Shown: positions 22,627 through 34,957 of the stretch, piece by piece | Layout: the number at the start of each line of letters is the position of its first letter | Numbering within the stretch: the first letter of the stretch is position 1 | Assembly (NCBI GenBank): GCA_043228905.1 | Contig: JBHGNT010000021.1 | Span: 6,696,001 to 6,760,000 of the forward strand | Direction: 5' to 3' | Source of the DNA: Azolla caroliniana | Lineage: Eukaryota; Plantae; Polypodiophyta | DNA: 64,000 nt | Program-made: the position numbers and the translations under genes | Notes under the pieces: model-generated | What the model was told of the DNA's origin: nothing | The model's input: only the letters and a program-made list of their open reading frames with translations | Database searches by the model: none

Positions 22627-25600
22627 AAAAATGCTTTATACTTATAAGATTTAAAATAAATAATTATTTATTTATTTATCCCTTGAGTACTCCCTAGTCC
22701 AAGACCCCCGTGGTCCTGCCCAAGTAACACGCGCGCGCGAAACTTCGCGACATAAATTGGTGAACCCGACGTGAAAGGGCGGCAAGGGAAGACAAGGATG
22801 GAAGCTTCATTGGAGGCATATGGGTACAAGAAACCGGAGGGGAGAAGTCCGCACGAGTTCGATCGATGGGTGGCGTTGGTGAAGGCCCATCGAAGCGTGA
22901 TGGAAGCATTCAAAGAGTTTGAGCACCGTTTTGCTCAACTCTCGCAGCGGGATCTGAGATCGGTGGAGGCGGACAAAGTCCTCCTATTTTTAAAGATGGT
23001 CCATCGAGAGGAAAGGATGGACAATTTATTCGAGCTCGAAGTTGATCATGGAGCACACAGCCTCACCGATGATTGGTCCGAAGTGGAGTGGGTATGTAGA
23101 CGACACGGTGAGAAGCGGTCAGCCACAACACGGCCCGCAAGCGGCGGAGAAGAGAGGATGGTGAGTGACTACGCACTATCGCCGGAAGAGAGCTCAACGC
23201 GTAATGGGTCGGAGGAGTTCAACCTAGAAGCATTGATACGGGAGGCGTACGAGATCGTGAGATCAAAGATCGAAGCCGAAGAGGGGTTTATTATGGACTC
23301 TGGTCCGAGAGGATCGGAGGACGTGAAGGAACAACAGGGCCTATGTGGAGACCGAAAGAGTGTGCAACGACGGCGACGTGGGAGAGGGTGCAGAGCAAGT
23401 GACCCTCTCGTCTTGCGGAAAGGGGATGGACATGGATGAGACCGGAGACTACGGACCAGGAAGCGCCACTTAAAGAGTGGGCAGAAGTTTCAGGGCACTT
23501 TGCCTGAAACATTGAACGGGGAGGAAGCAAGCGTAATCAAGGCTTGCGCGATCAGATACGAGGTAGCCACAGACAACGACGTCAGGGTGGAGGTGGATAC
23601 GAACATGACATCGATGAGCGATGGTGTCAGGACCTTACCCACACCGGTTCTAGAGACTCCAGCGGCCGGCCCGAGTGACGGACAGTGGCGGAGGCAAGGC
23701 GAGTGACCGAAACGAGAACGAGTAAGATCCCTCGACACCAGGGCTGGAGACTTCGGCGGTTGAGTACCAACACAAGACCGGAGAGATGGGTGATGGCCGT
23801 GAGGATGCGAGGCCCGAAGCGGGCACGTGCGGAAGGACCAAAAGGGAGGCCGGGAGCAGCAAAGAGGAGAGAATCGGGAACCGACCCGACCGGAAGACGA
23901 ACCGGTCGGTAATCCAACACGACCGTAAGGTGACGTAGAAGAAGATTGAGGGGAATCCGGTCAACTGGGCCCGAACCGAAGAAGAGCCGGCAAGGCCAGG
24001 ATTGTTTGGTCGAACCCGTACTGACCGATTACGATCATGGAAGAGAGTTGAGCGAACCGGAACCTGATCGGCCGAGAGCGATCCGGGCAAGGGCAATGCC
24101 GGCATGATTGGAGGTCGAGGTACACGAGCCACAACATGCGGTGGGAGCCGGTGAGTGTGAAAAGGAGGCCAAGCGAACGCAATGACTACGGTTCGGTGGA
24201 AGACCGGAAACAAAGGAACCCTCCACACCTATTCTAGAGGCGTCGGCGGTTGTGGATCGAAGTAAGACCAGAGAGACGGGGGGTGGCGGCGAGGAGTCGG
24301 AAGTCGGAGAGGACGAGGTTACCAGAACGGGTATCCAATACGGAATGAAGGATGAGCGGGGCCAAGATGATAAGCCGGAGTCAGAAGGGGCTACGGCAAC
24401 GAAGGGAGAAGAGGCCGACGCAGAGGACGGGACTACGGCGGGAGAAGCGTGTAATTCACTATGGTGTGATACGGACCATGCATTACGGTCAACGGAGGGC
24501 CAAAGAACAAGCATGCACCTGAAACAGCGGCAACGAGTGACTGGTGATAGCAGTCCGGTCGAGCCTTTTAGAGGCAAGTACAAGACGGAGGATGGAGCAG
24601 TGAGGTGTCGGGATCAACGGATGGACGGCGTGAGCGCAAGGATGTGTCTTGGAAACCGAAGGAGGTGCACGGAGAACAAAGGGCTACGTGCCAGGAAGAG
24701 GAAGCGCGGCTTTCCGGATGGCATGAAAAGCCAAGCGGGCCAAGAGGGCACGAGTCGAGACGAAACAGTAACGAGATCCGCAAACGACGCCGAAGTGGGG
24801 TACACCAACGAGCAAGGGAGAGAGAGCACGACGAGCAAGGGAGAAGCAAGGAGCGTGTAATGGGGTCACATAAGGACCAAAGAACGAGCACGTATTCGGA
24901 GGACAACATCGACGCACGGGAAGAGCCTACGGAAGGCAAGCGCGGTGCAGAGAGAGTCAGAACGCTGAGGTGTTTGGGACGCGGAGACGATCGAACTGAA
25001 GGAGGGACATACACGGCATGCCACGGGTGGAATTTGGCGTGCGATCGGAGAGATTAAGAGCGCATTCGGAGGACATATGCGGCGGACAAAGGAAGAGTGA
25101 CCGGATCGGCAATGTTGTTCGGGAGGACCGATCGGGGAAGAAGGTGCGAACATTGGATATGGCGGATCGGATGGAGCCGACGGTTCGAGGACATGCAGCA
25201 AACTTGGCGGCTTGAAAGGCTATGGTGGGCCATGTGGAAGGGAAAAGCGTGCTCGAAATGGAGGATAAAGTCGAGCAAGGTCAACGAGGATAGCCGCGGA
25301 GGCGAGCTCCCGGAAGGAGGACGGATCGGTTCGGAAGTCGACAGATTGGGGTCAGTAGGAGCCGATAAGGTGGTTGGGTGCCGAGACAGCGGAGGACCTG
25401 GTTGATCATTGTCGCTGAAATCTCTCACCTTTTCCCTCTTGGCACATACCGGTGGATGTGCGGTTTGGTGGGGGTAGATGTCGTGAAGATTTCCGGCTAC
25501 GGTGAGAAACTCAGATAGGAAAAATAAAATGGGGATATGCAATATTGCACATGCACTTGTAAATTTGTATAATGAGAAAAAGATAACAAAATGTAAGGGG

Positions 25601-26340
25601 AAGGGTAATAATCTAAGGTGTTAAAGGTGCAGCATGAGGTTCGTAGAGGCATAAAGGTGATGTACACTTTGTAGACTAGAGGAAAGTACATGAAGCCACC
25701 GACCTCACAAAACAAAGGGCAACGAGCCCTTGCTCGAGAAAGGTTCGTAGAGAGGATTCGTAGAGTGGGTTCGTAGAGTGGGTTCGTAGAGAGGATTCGT
25801 AGAGAGGGTTCGTAGAGTGGGTTCGTAGAGTGGGTTCGTAGAGAGGATTCGTACAAAGGGTTCGTAAAGAGGATTCGTAAAGAGAATTCGTAGAGTGGGT
25901 TCGAAGAGTGCTTTATATTTATAAGATTTAAAATATTTATTTATTTATTTATCCCTTTAGTACTCCCTAGTCTAAGACCCCCGTGGTCCCTCCCAAGTAA
26001 CACGCACGCGCGAAACTTCGCGACACCGCTCTGTTTCCTGCTTCTCCTTTTATGTTTTTCTCCTTGTTGTCCAACGTCTATGTACCTATGTTCACACACA
26101 CACACAAAAGACACACACCAAAAACATACAAAAGAAAAAGGGTATACACATACATATATATATATGTATATATAAATAAAATCATAAATAATTATAACTT
26201 TTCTCCTTTTTGGCCCTAAGCTAATTCGGCGATCAACCGATTCCCAATCGGCTGAGCAATGCTCAACCGACTCTCGATCGGCCCTTCAGCTCTCATCCGG
26301 CTTCATGTTGTGGGCTCCACTTGAGTGGATTGGCCCAACA

Positions 26341-26665
26341 TTTAGTTGGATCCATTCCATTCCAATCGTGTGTAGTGGTGTATGCAAAACAAGATGGACA
26401 CGGGTTCCAATAGTCAACACAGACGACGGACGATTGGTAAAAGTTGTAGTCATCTAAAGTACTACTACCGGCATACATACATACAAATGTATGTATATAT
26501 ATATACATATATGTATGGATGGATGGATGGATGGATGTACATGTATATATATTCAGTTGGATCCATTCCATTCCAGTCGTGTACGCAAAACAAGATGGAC
26601 ACCTGTTCCAATAGTCAACACGGATTATTGGTAAAAGTTGTAGTCATCTAAAGTACTACTACCGG

Positions 26666-26696
<31 letters not shown>

Positions 26697-26810
26697 GTAT
26701 ATACATATATGTATGTATGGATGGATGGATGGATGTACATGTATATATATTTAGTTGGATCCATTCCATTCCGGTCGTGTATGCAAAACAAGATGGACAC
26801 GGGTTCCACT
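26341..26810 (+). repeat. ~200-bp tandem repeat, each unit carrying the start of the Gly-rich gene
   Basis: TTGGATCCATTCCATTCC...ATGCAAAACAAGATGGACAC occurs three times (middle copy ACG), separated by (CATA)n/(GGAT)n. Confidence 0.85.
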
Positions 26811-27143
26811 GGGGGGGCTGGGCTTGCGTTTATGGGCATTGTAGCCTCAATTTTCATCCTCACATTTGTTCTTGCCATGTGTGCCCATGGTAATACTAAG
26901 AGGCGTGACCGTGGCCGTGGTCGTGGCGATGGCGGTGGTGATGGCGGTGGCGATGGCGGTGGCGGTGGTGATGGTGGTGGTTATGATGGTGGTGGGGGCG
27001 GTTATGATGGTGGTGGTGGTGGTGGTGGTGGTGGGGGCGGTTATGATGGTGGTGGTGGTGGTGGTGGTGGCGGGTGCGGTGGCGGTGGCGGTGGTGGTGG
27101 CGGTGGCGGGTGCGGTGGCGGTGGTGGTGGCGGTGGCGGTTAA
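26781..27143 (+). CDS. Small single-pass membrane protein with a Gly-rich tail (120 aa)
   Basis: MQNKMDTGSTGGAG, hydrophobic LAFMGIVASIFILTFVLAMC, basic TKRRDRGRGR, then GGGYD/GGGC repeats; paralogue at 36168 differs mainly at synonymous sites in the TM segment. Confidence 0.7.
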   Translation: MQNKMDTGSTGGAGLAFMGIVASIFILTFVLAMCAHGNTKRRDRGRGRGDGGGDGGGDGGGGGDGGGYDGGGGGYDGGGGGGGGGGGYDGGGGGGGGGCGGGGGGGGGGGCGGGGGGGGG

Positions 27144-29074
27144 AATTTACACTATATTTATGATATGTGCTTCTAATAATGAATGGACTTTGTATATTCA
27201 GTTACCTCCAAAACCATATGCACAAACACATTGGGTTTTTTTTTTTATCCTTGTACTTTAATTCCCATCCACTCACTAAATTATGTGTCGGGCCCTCATT
27301 AATTCCAATCCACTCACTAAATTTACGGAATGGAGAACTAATCTCAATGTCCGTCTCATTAATCAGGTGTTTTAAACCTTTGAAATAAGCATCGGGTTTC
27401 TATGGCCGCGTAAGATGTCCGTGATTTGTATGGAGTTGACCACCAACAAGGTATTTCATCTTAAGCCACTGATTTGTATGGAGCTGACCACCAACAAGTT
27501 ATTTCATCTTAAGCCACCACGTCAATGCAAAAACAATGAGCATGGCCAACAATGAATTTGATACTTCATGTATATGTGTATGCTTACATAGATGTGTGTG
27601 CATATGTCTATATGTGTGTGTTTGAGTAGAGACTCTTGATGCAATTTCAACGCACACATGTTTATGCATTACCAAATTGGTTATTGGTACCAAGTAAGAG
27701 ATCATGTCTCTCATGGTCAAGATGTATATAATTCCAAACCTTAGAAAATGCAATTTAAATATGAAATGAAGGTGCAATTATAAGGGGAGGGGAGGCGGAT
27801 ACCAAAATATTGATAGTTTCAGATTGGATCATTTTGCTTTCATGAGGCATCTTGCAACTAAATCTGTGACACAAGAAGTATCACAAGAGAAGTGATACGA
27901 AATTCCGGCGACGCACTTTTCAATACTATATTATGCAACATACAGATCTTACGAGCAACCAAACAACATTGGTGTTAGAGTGATGGTTTTACCCTTTCTT
28001 TTTTCCTAGAAGATTGTACTTCTTTATATTCTCGATAAACCTTTACATTTTAATCATGTTTATAACGAATACTGCTCTTTAATATTGCAAAGGCGATAGA
28101 AAATCATTGCTGTAAATGAAATTCATGACTTTGATAGAGAAGCTTCCTCATTGATGAATTTTAAAATATCATTATATGATTTATTATTCTCACCTTCCTC
28201 TAGAGAGTGAAGGAAAATTATTTATGCCTTCTATACATTATTTATTCCCATTGACTATTATAAGGTGCATTCATGCAAGCATTTAAAGAAAGGATACATA
28301 CCATCAATACATGCTAGTTAAAATATTAAGATTGAACACAGTCACAGTCTGGAAGTTACAATTATCTATTTGATGTCTAATGTTTTAAATAAAGCTGTAC
28401 ACAACAATTTTAAAAGAAATGAGGGCTAACTGTATGGTTATTAGTGCAGAAAAGGATTTGAATGCTTGTGGAAAAAAGCCTATCTTGATGGATAAGTATA
28501 GATAATTACTGAAGCCTAGCATTTTATAAATAATGTTGTTCCATCCATTATAATTTATAACACAGCTAAAGGCATGAAAAAATATCAGAACCATATTCCC
28601 TAGTGAAGAAAAAACTCCATGAAAATGATTTACAAACATAAACACAACGCCTACGAGCAAAAATATTTTAGTTCATTTTGTTTTCATCAATACAATATGT
28701 CATACCTAAACATGAAAATATGCATGTTGGGCATTATATACTTCCCTACAAATAATCCAAAAGAAGCACTCTTGTAAGATCATGCATTATACATTATACA
28801 AATTATGCAAGATTAGGGTATACAAAAATATTGCAAAAACAGAAGACTAAAATAAGCATCCACTCACATAAAGATTTCATATTTTAAAGCATTCTTTCAA
28901 AATGCATATAACACAAGCTTAAGATTCAATTGCCCAAAACTGCACGAACAATCAACTTTCAAGTCATGTCCTTGCAATTTGAATTTTGCCGATTGGTAGG
29001 CAAAAACAAAAATCTAAGTACAACGAGTTAAGATCTACCGTAAATGTTCCCATCTCGTGAGTCATAATATTGTT

Positions 29075-32000
29075 TTACTTTACTAAAACATTTCCATCTT
29101 CAGTTACTTTTAGAGCTTTTAATCCCATCTCTAGTGCCCCATCAAAACTGCGGCTACCGCCAATAAATCCGCTGCTATGAACGAAAATACAATCTTTCAC
29201 ACCAACTACCTCAGATAATGCACTATTCATTAGACCTCTCCATGCTTCTGGAAGAGGTTTTCTACTCTCAAATCTTCCAAACGCAACTGCAACTGCTTGT
29301 ATTCGCCAGTTCAAGCTTGCATCATCCTAAGAAAACATTATAAATCTTATTACTCAAACAGAAGGCCAGTTCCAGAAAGGATCTTTCATAACAAGACTCT
29401 TCCAGTCATACCTGGTATATCACATATTTTATGCTCTGTTCCACTTTAAGCTCCTCTTCGAGCTCATGTATGTGATCTTTCCACTGCCAAATTTATTAAA
29501 TATATGAATGTTTAAACCATAACTCAACAATATACCATATATGTGTATGTTTGAGTTATGGTATGTTGTATTTCTCATAAGTATGTGATATATATGGTAT
29601 ATGTGTATGGTATAACCCATAAACTATACCTATACAAAAATGCAGCCATATAGTTATATCTTATATGTTATATATGTATTATAGCACAGTTGACATGCCA
29701 CTTACTGGGCAGTATCTATCTAGCTTTATGATTTGTCCACTAAGGTCAAGCTCTTTTCTCTTGCTGATGCAATTAGAAACAATTGTTCTGGCTGGTAACC
29801 ATGACTTTGAATAGTACTTCAAGGCCTACACACGTAAGGCCACAGTCAATTTAATTCAAACAAAAATACAATCTAGAGTGTCAACATACATTGAAGTTGA
29901 GAAAGTTGTTTAAAAAACTTGGGTTGATTATTTTTCTTACATCTAGGAACTCTCGACCTGCAAGCTCCATAGCACGTAAGAATGCCTTGTTCTCAATTTC
30001 GGGTGTATTTGGCTCCAACCAGTCTGGGTTTAGTCTCCCAACTCTTGCAGATAGACGTGTATTACTTATGTACCTAGGCAATTTGTCGGTATCATATTGA
30101 TTTACTCCATTATCTACAGCATCAAGGGCCTTCAGAATATCAACAAGTTCTGGTTATACGGACTCATCACTAGAGCTTACCATTAACAATTTCCAAAACT
30201 TTATAAAGGTCTACTTTGTTTCTTTCTCGTTGATCATACATATTTAATCTATGATAAGGAACCTTTAGCAATCTGTTAATCATACTTTAGAACAACACAG
30301 TTTTCCATAAGGATCTCCTTACAAAGTTCCAGTGCACAATGATCATCCCAATCCAGAGAATTTATAGTCCGCAAGAGATCTCGATCATCAGCAAGCTCAG
30401 CGTCCTTCTCAAGTTCTTTCTCGCATTAATTTCGTGATCAAGTGTAGTCCCAGATCCCTTTACGGGAAACTGGATGCTTTGCACTATTGCGCACACCTTG
30501 AGCTTGTGCTACATGATCCAGCTAACACAAATGGTTATAGGCTTTGATCAGTTTGAACTCATAGATGCTAACCCAATTGAGGCACCTCATGATGCTTCTA
30601 TGTTGGGAGTATACTGCCCTCCATACACTGGGTCCCACCTCATCGATCACAATCAGTCTCCCATGGACCTTAAAAACATGTCTTTCCATCTGTTATAACA
30701 TGTCTTTTTCACATATTGGTTCAGGTTAATCTTCTCGATACATATGATCAACTCTGGCTGTTTCTATCAAAATAATGTTTACAGTGACTAGCACCAAACA
30801 TATCCTTCACCCATAATGTAGCATTACCTCAACAATCCAAAAACTGTTCATCTTGACTTCACTTAAACCCTTTTAACAAGATATGTATATCGATTATTAT
30901 ACATTCATGAATCTCAATCATGTGTGTAGTACCAAACATCACCAGTGGCCCTCTACCAATTGCATTTCTATCCTCAATCTTCTTCTAAACAGGGGTTTAG
31001 GGTTTAGGGTTTAAGTATCAATCTTGCTATCAAATTTAAATTGAAATTGAAAATTTTGATCATATGCATACCTCCACAAAATATTTGTATACAGCTTTAT
31101 ACACTCGTTCAACATCTGGATGCGATGCATCTAAACCCAGTTCTTTGGCAACAATTTCAAGCCCAAAATGCTGGAGTAAAATTCCAACAATCACAAACAA
31201 TACTCCACACAATCGCATCAGAGAGATCTAAAATCTACTCAACAAAAAGGCAAAGCCATAAGCCAAATACCTTATAGACAAGCCCAGCACTGCTCAACTT
31301 GGTGACAAATCCGTGACCAAATTTAATATCAAACCCCCTCTGATGGTGATCAAACCGGAACTTCTCAGCATCATAAACACCACCAACATCCAAGACAGCA
31401 TCTAATGACTCCAATATCTACAGATCAGGTAAGACAAGTAGTCAATGAATAAGGCAGGCTAGAAACAGTCATGGAAGCCGACATACACTGAGAGCAAACA
31501 GTCAGAGAGATGGAGAGGGATTACCATTTACTAATAGAATTGCGTGTTTTCAACAAAGAGAGAGAGAGGGGGAGGAACACATGGATATATGTATATGTAT
31601 GCATAGACGAATGTATGTGTGTATGTATGCATGCATGTATAGACGTATGTATGTATGCATAGACGAATGTATGTGTGTTTGTATGCATGCATGCATAGAC
31701 GTATGTATGTATGCATGCATGTATAGACGTATGTATGTATGCAAGCATGTATAGACGTATGTATGTGTGTATGCATAGACGTACATATGTTAGACCGTGC
31801 GTACGTATGTATGTACGTATATCCATGGATGCATATACGTACGTACTTAATATGTATGGACGTTTGTATACAAGTCGTACGTGCATCGTATGCATAGACT
31901 ACGTATATATATGAATAGATGCACGTATGTATTAGGTGCGTACGTACAACGTATGAATGCATGCATCGAAGCATGTAAGTATGTATGTATGTATTTATGT

Positions 32001-32409
32001 ATGTATGTACGCATCGACGTACGTACGTACGTACGCATGTATGTATGCATAAACGCGTACGTACATACGTATGTATGTATCTGTCTAGACGTACTGCATA
32101 CCTAGGATGCATGCATGATGCATCGATCTATGCGTAGACGTACATGTCTATGTATGACTACGCATAATAATATACGTAATGCACTGCGTATACATATGGT
32201 ATGCGTAGACGTACGTATGTACGTATAGACGTACGTATGTTATGTCTTATTGTACGAACCTGGTTGTCTCGAGTTCTGACGATTTGTGCACCATGGAAGC
32301 CAGAGGTGAGCCTGAGGAGGAAGCAACCCAGAGCTTCATCACAGTGGAAGGTCCCATTGTGAGTTCCGATACGCAGTGGCAGCTCTACTTCGGAAGTAAG
32401 GTCTCCCAT
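29075..32409 (-). CDS. MYG1: MYG1 family exonuclease, paralogue A (7 exons, 342 aa from the internal Met)
   Basis: Exons 32409-32260, 31417-31271, 31170-31072, 30129-29941, 29825-29706, 29483-29412, 29326-29075; all GT-AG and in frame; motifs [53 protein letters not shown]. Confidence 0.92.
30991..31012 (+). repeat. Interstitial plant telomere repeat (TTTAGGG)
   Basis: AGGGGTTTAGGGTTTAGGGTTT in intron 3 of MYG1-A. Confidence 0.8.
31580..32250. repeat. Degenerate ATGY/ACGT microsatellite in intron 1 of MYG1-A
   Basis: Read directly; accounts for the spurious MHTYIH-type ORFs. Confidence 0.9.
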
Positions 32410-33442
32410 TGCAGCAGGAAGGTAATGATGAGGAAGGAGGTTCCGATACGCAGGGCCTGAGGTAGCAGCAGGGGAAGAGGTTCGAAATCGAGAGATCAGA
32501 AGAAGATCATCAGAAGAAGGAGGAGGAGGAGGAGGAGGTGCAGGAACAGAGCAAGTTTATGAGTCTCATCATCAGTGGAGAAGGTAATTAAGCCTTCCTT
32601 AAGTGCTAATTAATTAATCAGTAATTAATCAAATTTATTCTCAGCAGATATGGGTGAATGAATCATTTATTTGCTCTAACGTTAATGCTATACATATATC
32701 AAGTTAATGCTATATATAATGATTCTTGATCAAGGTCCAAAGACCAATCCATTATCGACAATATCGTGAACACTTTTAGTTGGCACCATCGGCTTAGTCT
32801 TTTGAACTAACTCTTCGTTGCATTTCTCGTGTGAGATATTATCGACTTCGAGTGTTGTGTAATACTATTACCATGGCACACCAACAGCTACACACTTGGA
32901 CCTTCACGATACTTTGAAACATGTTTCTATTAACCTCGGCCTCATAATTTTGTCGGGAACTATATTCGGCACAATTGTGATATACGTAGTTGACATTGAG
33001 CATATGGATTGCTACAAACATTGTTGATTCCAAAGAGTTCAATGTTAAGTATCTCTTGTACGTAGCATGACCATGAAGACATTAGCATTGGGAGCTTTAG
33101 GCCTAATGCACACCCCAAGTTGGAAGTAGACAATCTTGTTGTTAAAGAACCAAAAAAGTCGTGTTTGTGCCTTAAATTTAGTTCTTCTTCATGGATCTTG
33201 AGTTTGTTTCCACTTGTAACTTAAGCTAGAGCTCTCTCTCTCTCTCTCTTAGAAGGGTTTAGGGTTTAGAAGACGTTAATATATCTTTCTGTTGTTATGC
33301 AACGTGTTCCAGCGTGGAAATATCACATTTTTATTCAAGCATCGATACGCAAAGCAATTAGTGATGCACACATTTCGAAAAGAAAGGGGGGGACAATAAC
33401 CCCCTTGTTTGTAGTATGAGACCTCATTCCCATACATATGCT

Positions 33443-33963
33443 ACGAAGTAAACACTTGAACGTGAGGAAAGGGCAACAAGGCTTGCCACAACTTCCCAAG
33501 ATCAAGTGCTACAATTGACATTACTGTCTCCCCTTTTCAGCAACCTTGTAAGCAAATGTGTGCACCCAATGTATGGAAAACAGTATCTACGATTACATTA
33601 TAGATATTATGGAAGTATTGTTGTAAAAGACGATATGAGTCCATAATTCCTATTCTCTCAAATATATTGTTGGAATTATGGGGGAGCTTATTGGCAGTTG
33701 TGTGGGGGCAATATGACAATATGCCATGCTCTTCGGAGGTTGTTCTGAAGAAAAGGAAAAAATTATTGCAATTATGGAGGAAGTTGCCTCTGTTCAAAGT
33801 CTCTTCTAAAGGACCGTTATGGAGATATCAACACCCCTGGTCCTTGCCATGACCATTTCTTTTGTATATATTACTCTCTGATTTTACATTTTTGTAGCCC
33901 TCTGGCACTTTTCTTAATATTAATGAAGGAAATCTTTTTGAAAAAATACAAAAATACAAAAAA
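33443..33963 (+). mobile_element. 5'-truncated LINE (L1-like) 3' fragment
   Basis: Trp-rich decayed ORF (WKTVSTITL*ILWKYCCKRRYE...LLQLWRKLPLF), A-rich tail, possible ATGCTA TSD. Confidence 0.45.
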
Positions 33964-34077
33964 TGCTATAATTGACATGGTCCACACAGATGGTAAGTAA
34001 ATGCCCTACAAAACATGAATTTTATAATTGTGCTACCAAAGGCCACTATATAACTAGTGAGGAGTTTCCTTATTCTC

Positions 34078-34847
34078 TAGGCCAACCACACCCACTAACC
34101 AACAAGCTCAAGATCTAATCACATTGTTTCAAAGAGAATCCACATGCCCTAGATGTGCCTGGGACCAACCTATCCTTGATTACACTCAAAAGAAAAACAA
34201 AGTCAATACCAACTTCTTGTTGGTTGTAAACTTGTAACATTAAAAGTTGGGCCAAATGCAATAAGATGTGCTCAACAAATAGCTAAAATCTAGGCAAACA
34301 TGGGCAAGGCACTCAACCAACATCTAAGTGGAAGGAAGCCATGAAAATCTAAATCCAACAAAGCATCTAATCGATGCACCACCTCAATATCCACTCATAT
34401 TTCTGAGAGTGATGAATCTAAGGTGAGATCTTATGATAAACAAGTAGAACATTTGCTTGCTCATATCCGAACTTGATCGAGGAGATGCGATGTGTACCAA
34501 AGTACATAAACTTGCTTTGCAAAGAAGAGCAACAACATTACAAAGCCAACAAGCACGACCTAGGTTTTACAAAAACAAAAACGACCTAGGTTTGTCCAAC
34601 TTTAGGAGTAGGCTTCCCCTAAAGTCAAGGCTAGAGAATTCAATGCCGACAATGAACAACTATCATCCAACATGACACCACAAACGTCATAATATAAGGA
34701 TGGTGAGGTTAATGTTGTGTTGTTGCAAGACTTCTTTAGGGAAGTCTATCAAGCCGTGGGGAACCTAGGCTTAGAGATTACAAACATTAGCAATATTATA
34801 GCTAAAAGTTGAGCTTGCCATTAAAGAGTTGCTAAGATCAAACCTAA
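34078..34847 (+). repeat. Duplicated unit A (copy at 37620-38369)
   Basis: Near-identical ~770-bp direct repeat. Confidence 0.9.
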
Positions 34848-34957
34848 GGTGGTCGGGTGCCGAGACGGCGGAGGACCCGGTTGATCATTGTCGCCGAAAT
34901 CTCTCACCTTTTCCCTCTTGGCACATACCGGTGGATGTGCGGTTTGGTGGGGGTAGA

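Larger units (their letters stand above)
21159..26025 (+). mobile_element. Non-autonomous gypsy-type LTR element (gag-like only, decayed), tRNA-Trp PBS
   Basis: 5' LTR 21159-22752; 3' LTR 25479-26025 with an internal deletion; PBS TGGTGAACCCGACGTGAA at 22758; PPT GGTGGGGGTAGA; TSD CCAC/CCGC; gag-like ORF 22771-23439 homologous to 60227-62248. Confidence 0.9.
20269..26340 (-). mobile_element. Copia-type solo LTR (~1.2 kb) split by a nested gypsy element
   Basis: TGTTGGG...CCCAACA ends; 5-bp TSD TTTAG (20264-20268, 26341-26345); ACGTGGAAAACCC..GGGAAAAACCAC motif; internal tandem repeats at 20460-20920. Confidence 0.85.
25366..28025 (+). repeat. Segmental duplication unit B (copy at 34845-37192)
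   Basis: Near-identical sequence covering the LTR end, the solo-LTR piece, the Gly-rich gene and its downstream flank. Confidence 0.93.

Noticed and set aside
23490-25542. Many overlapping antisense ORFs in the gypsy internal region (also 60646-62352)
   Set aside because: Shadow ORFs of GC/purine-biased retroelement sequence with no recognisable domains
26866-27261. Val/Ala-rich hydrophobic ORF
   Set aside because: Alternative frame of the GGT/GGC glycine repeat
30132-30172. C/D-box snoRNA-like motif (GTGATGA...CTGA on minus) at the end of MYG1-A intron 3
   Set aside because: Only ~40 nt, and the D box is not conserved in paralogue B
31521-32112. ORFs rich in H/T/Y/I/M/C
   Set aside because: Translations of an intronic microsatellite
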